Source of the DNA: Myxococcota bacterium
GTDB lineage: Bacteria; Myxococcota_A; UBA796; CAJQPC01
Assembly (NCBI GenBank): GCA_036229005.1
Contig: JAZAMN010000018.1
Location: 27,647 to 91,646 of the forward strand
Length of the DNA: 64,000 bases
Direction of reading: 5' to 3'
The position numbers and the translations under genes are program-made. Below the pieces are notes generated by a model. The model was not told the DNA's origin and did not search any database. It saw only the letters and a list, made by a program, of their open reading frames with translations. This document shows positions 48,939-58,266 of this stretch, one piece after another (position 1 is the stretch's first letter; every line of letters starts with the position of its first letter).

Positions 48939-50639
48939 TCAGCCCGACTCCACCTGCAGCCCCCGGAGCCTGTTCATCGCCGCTGCGATCTCATGCCGAC
49001 GGGGGCGGATCAGTCCGCCGTCCGGGTCGTCAAAGGGCGACAGGCACTCCAGGCCCTCGGTGTCCAGCCAGCCCTCGAGGGCGTCCAGGGCCTCGCCGAA
49101 CCCAATGGGCCCGTCCAGCCGGGAATTCAGCAGCGCCAGCGCCCGAGCGATGCTCCAGGCGTGCGCGGGATCCAGGATCTGCTCCACGCCGGACAGCTCC
49201 AGTTCGCTGCCTCCGTAGAGCACGCGCCGCTCATCACGCGCCTTGATCTTGCCCGGAGCCAGGCTGCGGGGGTCCAGCACCCGGGTCAGGGGCCGCTCAA
49301 AGCCCTCGGCCTCGGGCACCTGGATGTCCAGCGCGCGCGCCTCCGGGCCCCGATCCCGAGCCACAAAGTCCTCCATGGAGAGCACCGTGTCGGCCACCCC
49401 CAGGTAGTCGCCGACCCCACCGACCACCAGGATCCACGACAGCCCGAGCGCCCGCTCAAAGCCCCGGATGCGCTCGACCAAGGGCGTGATGGGCTCCCGC
49501 TCCCTGGGCACCAGCGCCCGGATGCGCGCGTCCCGCACCATCAGGTTGGTCGCGCAGGTGTCCTCGTCCAGGAGCACGCAGCGGGCGCCCGCCTCCCAGG
49601 CCTCGATCAGGGCCGCCGCCTGCGAGGTGGACCCGCTCGCATCCAAGGTGGTGAAGGGCCGCGTCCCCCGCCCGCCCGGCAGCTCGCGCAGCAGGCTGCT
49701 GATGTCCACGGACTGCACCGAGCGGCCATCTTCGGCCCGCAGCTTCACGGTGTCGGCCAGGGTCACCACGCCCTCGCGCCCGTCCCCCGGGACGTGGTCC
49801 AGGTGCCCCCGCGCCAGCGCGCCCAGCAGGGTGGACTTGCCGTGGAAGCCGCCCCCCACGATCACCGTCACCCCCCGCGGGATGCCCAGCCCAGTGACCG
49901 GTCCGGACGGCGTCTGCAGGGTCACGCGCAGGCTCTCGGGGGAGGTGAAGGGGATCGCCCCCTCCAGGGGTCTGGGGTCCACCCCGCTCACCCGGGGGAG
50001 CACGCTCCCATCCGCCACAAACCCCACCAAGTCGAGGTCACCAAGCCCCCGCCTCAGCGCCCGCTGCCGCCGCACGCTCGCCACCTGGCGCTCCAACTCC
50101 GGCGTGGGCACCACCCGGCCGCAGGCCTCCCGCAGCGCCCCATCCACCAGCTCCCAGGCCGCGCGCCCCAGCACCCGGCGCCCCTGCGCCGGCAGGCCCA
50201 TCCGGAAGCGCAGCTCCAGCTCCGCGCCCACCACCCGCAGCCCGCTGCGGGCACAGATCTCCGGCCCCGGTCGGTAGCAGGACAGCTCGCCCGAGCGCCC
50301 GGATCCCGAGCGGCCCCCGGAGCGGTCCGCGCCCCGGTGACCTCGCTGGCGGGAGAGCGTGCTGCCGGAGCCCGCAGCGAACTCCCGGCAAAAGCGGCGC
50401 AGAAGCCAGTCTTCTACCGCCAGCACGCCGTCTTCGTCCCCCAACAACTCCGGGGAGACCCCGTGCGGCATGCGCAGGCGCAGGCGGGAGGGCGAGGCGA
50501 AGGGGTCACCCTGGATGTGGTCGAAGCTCAGGCGGAGGCCGCCCAGCGACCACTGGGTGCCCTGGAGCCGCTTGTAGGCGCCGTAGCCCGCCCCGTCGAT
50601 GCGCTGGAGCAGCGCCCGGAGTTCAGCGCCGTCGGCCAT
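48939..50639 (-). CDS. ABC-ATPase domain protein (COG3044-like)
   Basis: IQGDPFASPS, GGGFHGKSTLL, RAEDGR, ASGSTSQAA, LDEDTCATN, EPITP, RLRGL. Confidence 0.9.
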   Translation of the reverse strand: MADGAELRALLQRIDGAGYGAYKRLQGTQWSLGGLRLSFDHIQGDPFASPSRLRLRMPHGVSPELLGDEDGVLAVEDWLLRRFCREFAAGSGSTLSRQRGHRGADRSGGRSGSGRSGELSCYRPGPEICARSGLRVVGAELELRFRMGLPAQGRRVLGRAAWELVDGALREACGRVVPTPELERQVASVRRQRALRRGLGDLDLVGFVADGSVLPRVSGVDPRPLEGAIPFTSPESLRVTLQTPSGPVTGLGIPRGVTVIVGGGFHGKSTLLGALARGHLDHVPGDGREGVVTLADTVKLRAEDGRSVQSVDISSLLRELPGGRGTRPFTTLDASGSTSQAAALIEAWEAGARCVLLDEDTCATNLMVRDARIRALVPREREPITPLVERIRGFERALGLSWILVVGGVGDYLGVADTVLSMEDFVARDRGPEARALDIQVPEAEGFERPLTRVLDPRSLAPGKIKARDERRVLYGGSELELSGVEQILDPAHAWSIARALALLNSRLDGPIGFGEALDALEGWLDTEGLECLSPFDDPDGGLIRPRRHEIAAAMNRLRGLQVESG

Positions 50640-51990
50640 CGCCGAGCTCCGCGCGCAGGGCCTCCAGATCCAGGCCCAGGCGCTGGATGTGGCGGTACAG
50701 GGTGTTGCGGCCCACGCCAAGGGCCTTGGCGACCGCAGAGAGGTTGGCGCCGTGCTCCCGGAGCAGAGACTCCAGCGCCTGGGGGCTGAGCTCGCTCAGG
50801 GTGGGACCGCTGGGGAGCGCCGCCGGCTGAGGCGCCGTGAGGGTCGGCTCGGAGGGGGCCTCCGGCTCGGCGCGGGCCTGCTGGGCCAGCACGCGGGGCA
50901 GCCACTCGGGGAGCGGCAGGACGCTCTCGTCGGGCAGGCGCAGCCTGAGCTGCTCGGTCACCGCCTGCACCGCTCGGGCGTTCCCGGGCCAGTCGTGCAG
51001 CAGCAGCGCCTGGGCCAGCGGGTGGGAGAGGCGCTGGGGCGCCAGCAACGAGCGGGCCAGAGGCAGGATGTCCTCGCGGCGCTCGCGCAGGGGGCTCAGG
51101 TGGATGGGGAGCCGGTTGAGGCGGGCGTAGAGGTCTTCGCGGAATCGGCCGGCGCGCACCTCGACGGCGAGGTCCCGGTTGGTGGCCGCAACAAAGCGCA
51201 GGTCCACCTTGACGCTGCGGTCGGCCCCCACCGGCCGCAGCTCGCCCTCCTGGAGCAGGCGCAGCAAGGCGGCCTGGAGCGACAGCGAGGCGTCCCCGAT
51301 CTCGTCCAGCAGCAGCGTGCCCCCGCGGGCCTGGTCCACGAGCCCCCGGCGCGCTCGCTCCGCACCGGAGTACGCCCCCTTGACGTGCCCAAAGAGCTCG
51401 GATTGCAGCAAGGTGTCCGCCACGCCCGCGCAGTTGACTGCCACGAACTCCCCCCGGCGGCCGGAGCGCTCGTGGACCCGGCGGGCCAGCAGCTCCTTGC
51501 CCGTGCCGGACTCGCCGATCAGCAGCACCGGCAGCTCCGTGGGGGCCACCTGATCCACCGCCTTGAGGGCCTCCTGCAGGGGCAGGCTGTGGCCCTGGAT
51601 GCCCGGCTCGGGATCGCGCGGTGCGGGGCCGTCGGGCAGCCGGCGCACCACCAGGAGGACCTGGCCCAGACCGAGCACGTCGCCGATCTGCAGCGGCGCG
51701 CTCTGCACCCGTTCGCCGTTGACCCAGGTCCCGTTGTGCGAGCCCTGGTCCCGCACGGAGAGCGCAGATCCCAGGCGGCCCAGCACCGCGTGGCGGCGGG
51801 AGATGCGGGGATCCCGGAAGGCGCCACCCAGCTCCGAAGAGCCGCGCCCCAGCTCCAGGCGCTCTCCTGCCACCACGCTGCGCACGCTCCCGATGAACGC
51901 CGGGTCCGGGTGCCAGGCGACCTCCAGGCCGAGCTGGGGGCCCTGTGCGCTCTGGTGCAGGCTCAGGGTAGCGGTGCGGGTGTCGTCCAC
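50623..51990 (-). CDS. FHA-domain sigma54-dependent transcriptional activator
   Basis: GR...ISRRHA...SHNGTWVNG FHA; GESGTGKE, ELFGHVKGAYSGA, LDEIG, WPGN; C-terminal Fis HTH. Confidence 0.93.
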   Translation of the reverse strand: MDDTRTATLSLHQSAQGPQLGLEVAWHPDPAFIGSVRSVVAGERLELGRGSSELGGAFRDPRISRRHAVLGRLGSALSVRDQGSHNGTWVNGERVQSAPLQIGDVLGLGQVLLVVRRLPDGPAPRDPEPGIQGHSLPLQEALKAVDQVAPTELPVLLIGESGTGKELLARRVHERSGRRGEFVAVNCAGVADTLLQSELFGHVKGAYSGAERARRGLVDQARGGTLLLDEIGDASLSLQAALLRLLQEGELRPVGADRSVKVDLRFVAATNRDLAVEVRAGRFREDLYARLNRLPIHLSPLRERREDILPLARSLLAPQRLSHPLAQALLLHDWPGNARAVQAVTEQLRLRLPDESVLPLPEWLPRVLAQQARAEPEAPSEPTLTAPQPAALPSGPTLSELSPQALESLLREHGANLSAVAKALGVGRNTLYRHIQRLGLDLEALRAELGDGRRR

Positions 51991-52037
51991 GCAGCCATTG
52001 TAGCGGCGCTACACTCTCTGGCAGAGAAGGAGAGCCC

Positions 52038-53204
52038 ATGCTCTGGCTGCTGCTGGCCTGCACGTCCGATGACAGCGACACCTTGATCACCCCGTTCGAG
52101 ACCGGGGACACCTACATCGAGTGGCCCGACGACACGGGCGAGCAGGGCACCGACGAAGACGGCGACAACTGGAGCGTCGAGGACGGCGACTGCGACGACA
52201 GCGACATCTACGTGCACCCCGGCTGGGAGGAGTCGGAAGAGGAGGGCAACGCCGAAGACGGCAAGGACAACGACTGCGACGGGCAGATCGACGAGTCCTT
52301 CCGCGGCCTCTGGGTGCTGCAGCAGGGCCGCTTCGACCAGGGCACCGCCGCGCGCATGGTGCGCGTGAACCGCTTCGGCGAGCAGGCCGAAGAGGTCGTG
52401 TTCTCCGACGCCTCCGTCCAGCCCTACTGGTACACCGACATGGCCGGTAAGCAGCAGTACTTCTCCTTCACCGTCACCCCCCAGGTCGACGGCGACGGCT
52501 GGGTGGTCTGCGGTGTGGTCTACGACCAGAACGACACCTTCGTGCTCTTCGAGATCTCCGAGACCGGCGAGGTCCGCACCCTCGCGACCCTGGAGGGCGG
52601 GGGCTACGGCATCACCACCCACCCCGATGGCTACTACCTGGTCGCCACCGTCAGCGGCCTGCTCAAGGTCGAGCCCACCACCGGCGCCGCGACCGAGGTC
52701 GCCTCCTTCATCGACGCCGAGGAGAACCCCCTGATCCTCAGCTTCGACGTGGCCGTCGACCAGACCACCGGCACCATCGGCGTGTTCGGCTACTACGGCG
52801 GCTTCGCGACCGTGGACCCCGAGAGCTTCGAGGTCACCTACCACAAGCAGCTCGATCCCGAGGTCCCCGTCGAGCAGCAGAACTGGGCCGGTGCCCACTG
52901 GGACAGCCGCGATGGCTGGTATGTGGGCGGCCAGGACGCCGACGGCTGGGCTGTGTTCCGCTGGGACGAGGCCGAGCAGGACTGGGCACGCAAGGCCAGC
53001 TTCGCCGAGAGCTGGACCCCCAAGGGCATGACCTTGGACACGGTCTACGGCGATTACTACATGTCCACCAAGGGCGCGCAGGACCCGACCGTCTGGCGAT
53101 TGGACGCCGCCGAAGGGGAGAACCCCGACAAGTTCTTCACCAGCCCCAACGGGGGCACCTACTTCCTGGACGTCTGGGACCTGTACACCATCTATTTCGA
53201 GTGA
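52038..53204 (+). CDS. Lipoprotein with one MopE-type motif and a beta-propeller-like domain
   Basis: AAGGAG RBS, LLAC, DCDDSD..VHPG...DGKDNDCDG. Confidence 0.82.
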   Translation: MLWLLLACTSDDSDTLITPFETGDTYIEWPDDTGEQGTDEDGDNWSVEDGDCDDSDIYVHPGWEESEEEGNAEDGKDNDCDGQIDESFRGLWVLQQGRFDQGTAARMVRVNRFGEQAEEVVFSDASVQPYWYTDMAGKQQYFSFTVTPQVDGDGWVVCGVVYDQNDTFVLFEISETGEVRTLATLEGGGYGITTHPDGYYLVATVSGLLKVEPTTGAATEVASFIDAEENPLILSFDVAVDQTTGTIGVFGYYGGFATVDPESFEVTYHKQLDPEVPVEQQNWAGAHWDSRDGWYVGGQDADGWAVFRWDEAEQDWARKASFAESWTPKGMTLDTVYGDYYMSTKGAQDPTVWRLDAAEGENPDKFFTSPNGGTYFLDVWDLYTIYFE

Positions 53205-53267
53205 GGAGGCCCTGCGGCGCGCTCAAGCGACGCGGCGCACCTTCCGAGATCCTGGCTCGGAGCCCCA

Positions 53268-55064
53268 TTGCAAGCACTGATCCGCTGGACCGAGGACCTG
53301 CCGGGTGTCGCGGACGACGCGACCCTGGCCATCCGAGTGCGTGTCCAGCACGCGATCTGGCTGCTCTCTGTGGGCCTGGGCACCCTCTACGTCGTCGGAT
53401 TCCTGGTCCTGGGGGTCTACGGCGGCGCCATCTCGGTCACGCTGCTCATCCTCCTGACCACCCTCGCCCTGTTCGGCTTCACCCGGCGCGGCAACCCCAC
53501 CTGGGGCGGCCGGGTCATGTCCTGGGTGTTCTTCCTGAACTTCCTGGGGGCCATCGCCGGTCGCGGCGGCGTCGAGGGCAGCGCCATCCCCTGGCTCCTG
53601 CTCCCTCCCGTCGTGGGCGCCCTGATGCTGGACATGCGGGAGGCCATCCGCCTGACGCTCGCCACCATCGTGGCCGTCGTGGGCTTCTGGCTCTTCGAGA
53701 ACGTCTACGGCCACGAGCTGGTCTCTGACGTCCCCGAGCACCTGCGAAAGTACGCCCCACTGGTGGACTACCCGGCCATCTCCCTGATGCTTCTGGCCGC
53801 CTTCTGGGGCATCCGGAACGTCTTCAAGGCCACCAACCGACGCCTGGATCAACAGAACCAGGCCCTCCAGCGCGAGGTCGCCCAGCGCAAGGAGGCCGAA
53901 GCCCAGGCCCGCCTGGCCGCCCAGGCCCGCTACACCTTCCTGGCGACCATGTCCCACGAGATCCGCACCCCCCTCAACGGCGTGCTGGGCCTCACCCAGG
54001 TGCTGGAGCGCACCCCGCTGAGCGCCGACCAGCAGCAGCTCGTGGGGACCATCCAGGTCTCCGGGGGGCTGCTGCGCCGCCTGCTTGACGATGTCCTCGA
54101 CTACGCCAAGGTGGACTCCGGGCACATGGAGCTGGATCCCGAGGCGGTGGACCTGCGCGTGCTGTGCACCCAGCTCCTCTCCCTCTGGCGGGGCAGCGCA
54201 CAGGAACGCGGCATCGACCTGCGCCTGGAGCTCGACTGGGAGGGTCCGCTGTGGGTGCGGCTCGACGCCAACAAGCTGCGCCAGATCCTGGGCAACCTGG
54301 TCTCCAACGCCCTCAAGTTCACCCCGCCCCAGGGCCGCGTCACGCTGCGGATCCAGACCACCCTGACCCAGCTCCACCTGAGCGTGTCGGACACCGGCTC
54401 CGGCATCTCCGAGCAGGACCAGCAGACGATCTTCGAGGCCTTCAAGCAGGCCGACGGCAGCGACACCCGCGCGCACGGGGGGACCGGCCTGGGCCTCGCG
54501 ATCAGCCAACGCCTGAGCCAGCTCATGGGCGGGCAGATCCACCTGGAGTCCACCCTGGGGGAGGGCAGCAGCTTCCACGTCACCCTGCCCCGAGAGGACG
54601 CCCCAGCCTCCCCGGAGGCCCCTGAGCCCAAGCAGGAGGAGGAGGTGGCTGGTCTGCGTGTGCTGGTTGCGGAGGACAACGTCGTCAATCAGCTCGTGAT
54701 CCAACGCCTGCTGCTGGAGCTCGGCGTCGAGGTCACCCTGGCGCAGAACGGTCAGGAGGCCCTGGAGCGCTGGCAGGCGGAGCAGCCCGACGTGATCTTC
54801 ATGGACTGCCAGATGCCCGTGTGCGACGGCTTCCAGGCCACCCGCCGGATCCGAGCGGCCGGCGGCACCCTGCCCATCGTGGCGCTCACCGCCAACGCCA
54901 TGCCCGATGACCGCGCCCGCTGCATCGACGCCGGCATGGACGAGCACCTGGGCAAGCCCGTGGAGCGGGAGGCCCTGCACGCCGTGCTGCTTTCACTCTC
55001 CCCCAAGGGTCCGGACTACCAGCCAGGTCGCCAGAAGAAGCTGGCGCTGGCCCGGGACTCGTAG
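53268..55064 (+). CDS. Membrane-bound hybrid histidine kinase (HisKA-HATPase-REC)
   Basis: MSHEIRTPLNG, NLVSNALKFT, DTGSG, GTGLGLAI, AEDN...FMDCQMP. Confidence 0.95.
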   Translation: MQALIRWTEDLPGVADDATLAIRVRVQHAIWLLSVGLGTLYVVGFLVLGVYGGAISVTLLILLTTLALFGFTRRGNPTWGGRVMSWVFFLNFLGAIAGRGGVEGSAIPWLLLPPVVGALMLDMREAIRLTLATIVAVVGFWLFENVYGHELVSDVPEHLRKYAPLVDYPAISLMLLAAFWGIRNVFKATNRRLDQQNQALQREVAQRKEAEAQARLAAQARYTFLATMSHEIRTPLNGVLGLTQVLERTPLSADQQQLVGTIQVSGGLLRRLLDDVLDYAKVDSGHMELDPEAVDLRVLCTQLLSLWRGSAQERGIDLRLELDWEGPLWVRLDANKLRQILGNLVSNALKFTPPQGRVTLRIQTTLTQLHLSVSDTGSGISEQDQQTIFEAFKQADGSDTRAHGGTGLGLAISQRLSQLMGGQIHLESTLGEGSSFHVTLPREDAPASPEAPEPKQEEEVAGLRVLVAEDNVVNQLVIQRLLLELGVEVTLAQNGQEALERWQAEQPDVIFMDCQMPVCDGFQATRRIRAAGGTLPIVALTANAMPDDRARCIDAGMDEHLGKPVEREALHAVLLSLSPKGPDYQPGRQKKLALARDS

Positions 55065-55876
55065 CGCAGCCCGGTGTCCTGGGGGTCGGCGGCGGCCGCG
55101 TAGCGCACCAGCGCGTGGCTCCCGCACTCCCCCCGCGACCAGTCGCCGTCGGCCAGGGCGTCCAGGTAGGCCCCTGGGATCACGAGCGCGCCGCTGTCCG
55201 GGCCCTCGCACTCGATCTCCGCGGCGCCGATGCCCCCGTGCGAGCCCACGCAGTCCGTCATGTGCAGGCGGACGCGGCTGTCCTCCAGGGGGTCGGTCCA
55301 GCGCAGGGTGAGGTCCTCGCCGGCCGCCCGCGCGCTCAGGGCGTCCTCCCAGGAGCCGTCGGGGGTCACAGGCAGCAGCGTGGGCGCCTCCAGGGTGATC
55401 GCGCTGACGGTGACCTCGCTGGCACCCACAGTGCTGGCTTGCGCGGACCCCCAGTAGCCCAGGAGGTCGTCCGGCTGGAGCTCCTCGCTGCCCTCCGGCC
55501 AGCTCCACAGAAGGGCCCCCCGATCCTCCCGCGGCGCCTCCCCCACGCACTCGCCGTCCACGCACTGCTCCCCCCACTCGCAGCCCGCGTCACAGAAGCT
55601 GCTCTCGAAGCCGACCAGGCGGCAGCTCCCCTCGCGCTCCAGCTCGGTCTGGAAGTCCACCGGCGGGCTGTCCGAGAAGGACGCGAACAGGCCCCCGCTG
55701 TCGTACGCCAGCCACCAGTCGGCCGCGGCGAGGCTGTGGGGTCGGGAGAAGTCGGGCCCATCGTCCAGCGAGGCGCTGTAGTTGGCGCTGCCGCCGGGCA
55801 GGGGGGTGGGCAGAGGCTGGGAGCCGTCGCCCCCACAGGCCAAAAGGACGGGGGCGAGGAGGATCAGGGTGTTCAT
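55016..55876 (-). CDS. Cys-rich hypothetical lipoprotein
   Basis: VLLAC lipobox; CDAGCEWGEQCVDGEC. Confidence 0.75.
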   Translation of the reverse strand: MNTLILLAPVLLACGGDGSQPLPTPLPGGSANYSASLDDGPDFSRPHSLAAADWWLAYDSGGLFASFSDSPPVDFQTELEREGSCRLVGFESSFCDAGCEWGEQCVDGECVGEAPREDRGALLWSWPEGSEELQPDDLLGYWGSAQASTVGASEVTVSAITLEAPTLLPVTPDGSWEDALSARAAGEDLTLRWTDPLEDSRVRLHMTDCVGSHGGIGAAEIECEGPDSGALVIPGAYLDALADGDWSRGECGSHALVRYAAAADPQDTGLRYESRASASFFWRPGW

Positions 55877-55995
55877 GGGTCTGGGATACACCCTCTGGCC
55901 CGGGGTCACCAGCGCGACATCCTTGCCCTGATCCCGCCAGCGAGGTGCTGTCTCCGCTCTGCGTACACTCCGATGCCGTCGGCCTCCGCCGCGGC

Positions 55996-56011
55996 TGGCA
56001 CGGCTCCTGCT
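55996..56011 (+). promoter_or_regulatory. Sigma54 (-24/-12) promoter
   Basis: TGGCACGGCTCCTGCT, GG-N10-GC spacing, one mismatch to TGGCACG-N4-TTGCW; 30 nt before ATG 56042. Confidence 0.75.
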
Positions 56012-56041
56012 ACCGTGCAAGAGTACCCACCTGGAGCCGCC

Positions 56042-56386
56042 ATGAAGCCCTGTCCGCACTGCGACCGTCACATCCTCAACAGCCCCGACCAGTGCCCCCA
56101 CTGCGGGGAGCCCCTGCGCGGGCCCATGGGCAAGCTGCTCAAGGCCGTCGGCGCCGGCGCCACCATGGTCATGCTGGCCGCCTGCTACGGCCCCGGCCCC
56201 GGCTGGGACGACACCGGCCGCCTGGACAGCGGCAGCGACACCGACCTGGACGGCTGGAACGACGCCGACGACTGCGCCCCTGAAGACGCCAACATCCACC
56301 CCGGGGCCGAGGAGATCTGCAACGACGGCATCGACAACGACTGCGACGAGCTCGTGGACGCTGACGACGAGGCCTGCGCCGAGTGA
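56042..56386 (+). CDS. Putative splicease substrate: Zn-ribbon leader, LAAC-YG, MopE-type motif
   Basis: MKPCPHCDRH...CPHCG...MLAACYGPGP...EEICNDGIDNDCD; GGAG RBS. Confidence 0.85.
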   Translation: MKPCPHCDRHILNSPDQCPHCGEPLRGPMGKLLKAVGAGATMVMLAACYGPGPGWDDTGRLDSGSDTDLDGWNDADDCAPEDANIHPGAEEICNDGIDNDCDELVDADDEACAE

Positions 56387-56652
56387 GCCGACGCCTCTCC
56401 ATCGCGGCCCTGCTGCTCGGCCTCTTCACCGGCTGCGCGGACTCCAGCTTCGCCCTGGTCCCCGCCGAGGACTGGGCGGGCATGGACAGCGGCGACACGG
56501 CGCAGGACAGCGATGGAGACGGCGCGCCCGACAGCGAGGACTGCGCCCCGGACGACCCCTACACCGCCCCCGGCGCGGACGAGATCTGCAACGACGGCAT
56601 CGACAACGACTGCGACGACAAGGTCGACGCCCTGGACGAGGACTGCCCATGA
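56383..56652 (+). CDS. Small lipoprotein with MopE-type motif
   Basis: LFTGC lipobox, DEICNDGIDNDCD; GTGA overlap. Confidence 0.82.
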   Translation: MSRRLSIAALLLGLFTGCADSSFALVPAEDWAGMDSGDTAQDSDGDGAPDSEDCAPDDPYTAPGADEICNDGIDNDCDDKVDALDEDCP

Positions 56653-56933
56653 AGCGCGCGATGTTGATGCTGGCCCTGCTGATGGGGGCCACCGCCTGCA
56701 CGGACGGGCCGCTGATCGTGAACCCCGACGAGATCTGGTGGGACACCGGCTGGGACACCGCTGTGGACAGCGGCGTGAGCGGCGAGGACAACGACGCCGA
56801 CGGCTGGGTGGAGTCCGACGACTGCGACGACAGTGACCCCGAGGTGTTCCCCGACGCCGAGGAGATCTGCAACGACGGCGTGGACAACGACTGCGACGGC
56901 TACCTCGACGAAGAGGACAATGACTGCTGGTGA
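56649..56933 (+). CDS. Small lipoprotein with MopE-type motif
   Basis: GATAC lipobox, EEICNDGVDNDCDG; ATGA overlap. Confidence 0.82.
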   Translation: MKRAMLMLALLMGATACTDGPLIVNPDEIWWDTGWDTAVDSGVSGEDNDADGWVESDDCDDSDPEVFPDAEEICNDGVDNDCDGYLDEEDNDCW

Positions 56934-58104
56934 GCGGGCGCCCCGCCGCTCTCCGCGCCGAATCGACCCCAGCAGCGCGTTCCGGCCGGTCTACGTGGTC
57001 TGGGAGCTCACCCTCAAGTGCGACCTGGCCTGCCGGCACTGCGGCTCGCGCGCGGGTCGGCAGCGGGAGCGGGAGCTGTCCCTGGACGAGGCCCTGGGCG
57101 TGCTGGATCAGCTCGCCGCGCTGGGCACCCGGGAGCTGGCCTTCATCGGCGGCGAGGCCTACCTCTACCCGGACTGGCTGGAGCTGGTGCGCGGGGCCGC
57201 GCAGCGGGGGATCCGCCCCACGATGACCTCGGGGGCGCGTGCCCTGGACCGAGAGTTGTGTCAGCGGGCGGCGGACGCGGGGTTGGAGGCGATCTCCGTG
57301 AGCGTCGATGGCCTCTCCTCCACCCACGACACCCTCCGGGCGGTCAAGGGCTCCCACGCGGCGTGCATGGCGGCGCTGGGCCACATCCGGGACGCGGGCA
57401 TGCAGCCCTTCGCCAACACGCAGATCAACCGGCTGAACCTGCCGGAGCTGCCCGAGCTCACCGCGGAGCTGGAGGCGGCGGGGATCATCTGCTGGCAGGT
57501 GCAGCTCACCGGCCCCATGGGGCGCGCCGCGGACCGCCCCGAGTGGCTGCTGCAGCCCTACGAGATGCTGGAGGCCTTCGACATCCTGGGGCCCCTGGCC
57601 AAGGGCATGACGGAGCGCGGGATCGTGGTGAACGCCGGGAACAACCTGGGCTACTACGGCCCCTGGGAGCGGTGGATCCGACGCGCCCCCTACGGCGGCT
57701 GCGCGGCCGGGCGCCACGTGCTGGGGATCGAGGCCAACGGCGACATCAAGGGCTGCCCCAGCCTGCCCAGCGGTCCCTACGTGGGGGCCAACCTGCGCGA
57801 CGTGGACCTGGCCACCGCCTGGGAGGAGAACGCGACCGTGGCCTTTGCCCGGGACCGCGGGACCAGCGAGCTCTGGGGGCACTGCGCGGGCTGCTACTAC
57901 GCGAGCGTGTGCAAGGGCGGCTGTAGCTGGACGGCTCATGCAGCCCTGGGACGCCGGGGGAACATGCCCTGGTGCCACCACCGGGCGCTGGAGCTCAAGA
58001 AGCAGGGTCGACGGGAGCTTCTGGAGCTTGTTCAGCGCGCCCCGGGCGATCCCTTCGACATGGGGTCATTCGCCCTGCGAGAAGAGGACTGGCCGCAGGA
58101 GTGA
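56920..58104 (+). CDS. Radical SAM/SPASM peptide maturase, PlpX-like splicease family
   Basis: VWELTLKCDLACRHCGSRAG, NTQINR, WQVQLTGPMG, GNNLGYYGP, GIEANGDIKGCPSL, CxxCxxxxxCKGGCSWTAH, CHHRA. Confidence 0.9.
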   Translation: MTAGERAPRRSPRRIDPSSAFRPVYVVWELTLKCDLACRHCGSRAGRQRERELSLDEALGVLDQLAALGTRELAFIGGEAYLYPDWLELVRGAAQRGIRPTMTSGARALDRELCQRAADAGLEAISVSVDGLSSTHDTLRAVKGSHAACMAALGHIRDAGMQPFANTQINRLNLPELPELTAELEAAGIICWQVQLTGPMGRAADRPEWLLQPYEMLEAFDILGPLAKGMTERGIVVNAGNNLGYYGPWERWIRRAPYGGCAAGRHVLGIEANGDIKGCPSLPSGPYVGANLRDVDLATAWEENATVAFARDRGTSELWGHCAGCYYASVCKGGCSWTAHAALGRRGNMPWCHHRALELKKQGRRELLELVQRAPGDPFDMGSFALREEDWPQE

Positions 58105-58266
58105 TCCTTGAGCTGAGGGTGACCCTGCTCTGGCGCAGATCTCGGGCCATTGGGCTGGTGCTCTGATGACAGAACGCGACACATTGGGGGGGTGACGACG
58201 GCAGGGTCCAAAAGACCCAAGCAGACGAAACCCTGACAGCCAGACTTTCGCGATAAGGTAGCGGTC

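Noticed and set aside
55016..55064. 49-bp convergent overlap of kinase and lipoprotein 3' ends
   Set aside because: Short tail overlaps are common in high-GC genomes; no evidence of function.
56042..56933. Cys-rich ranthipeptide/sactipeptide precursors
   Set aside because: The Cys residues belong to Zn-ribbon, lipobox and MopE-type motifs, and the enzyme motifs fit spliceases better.
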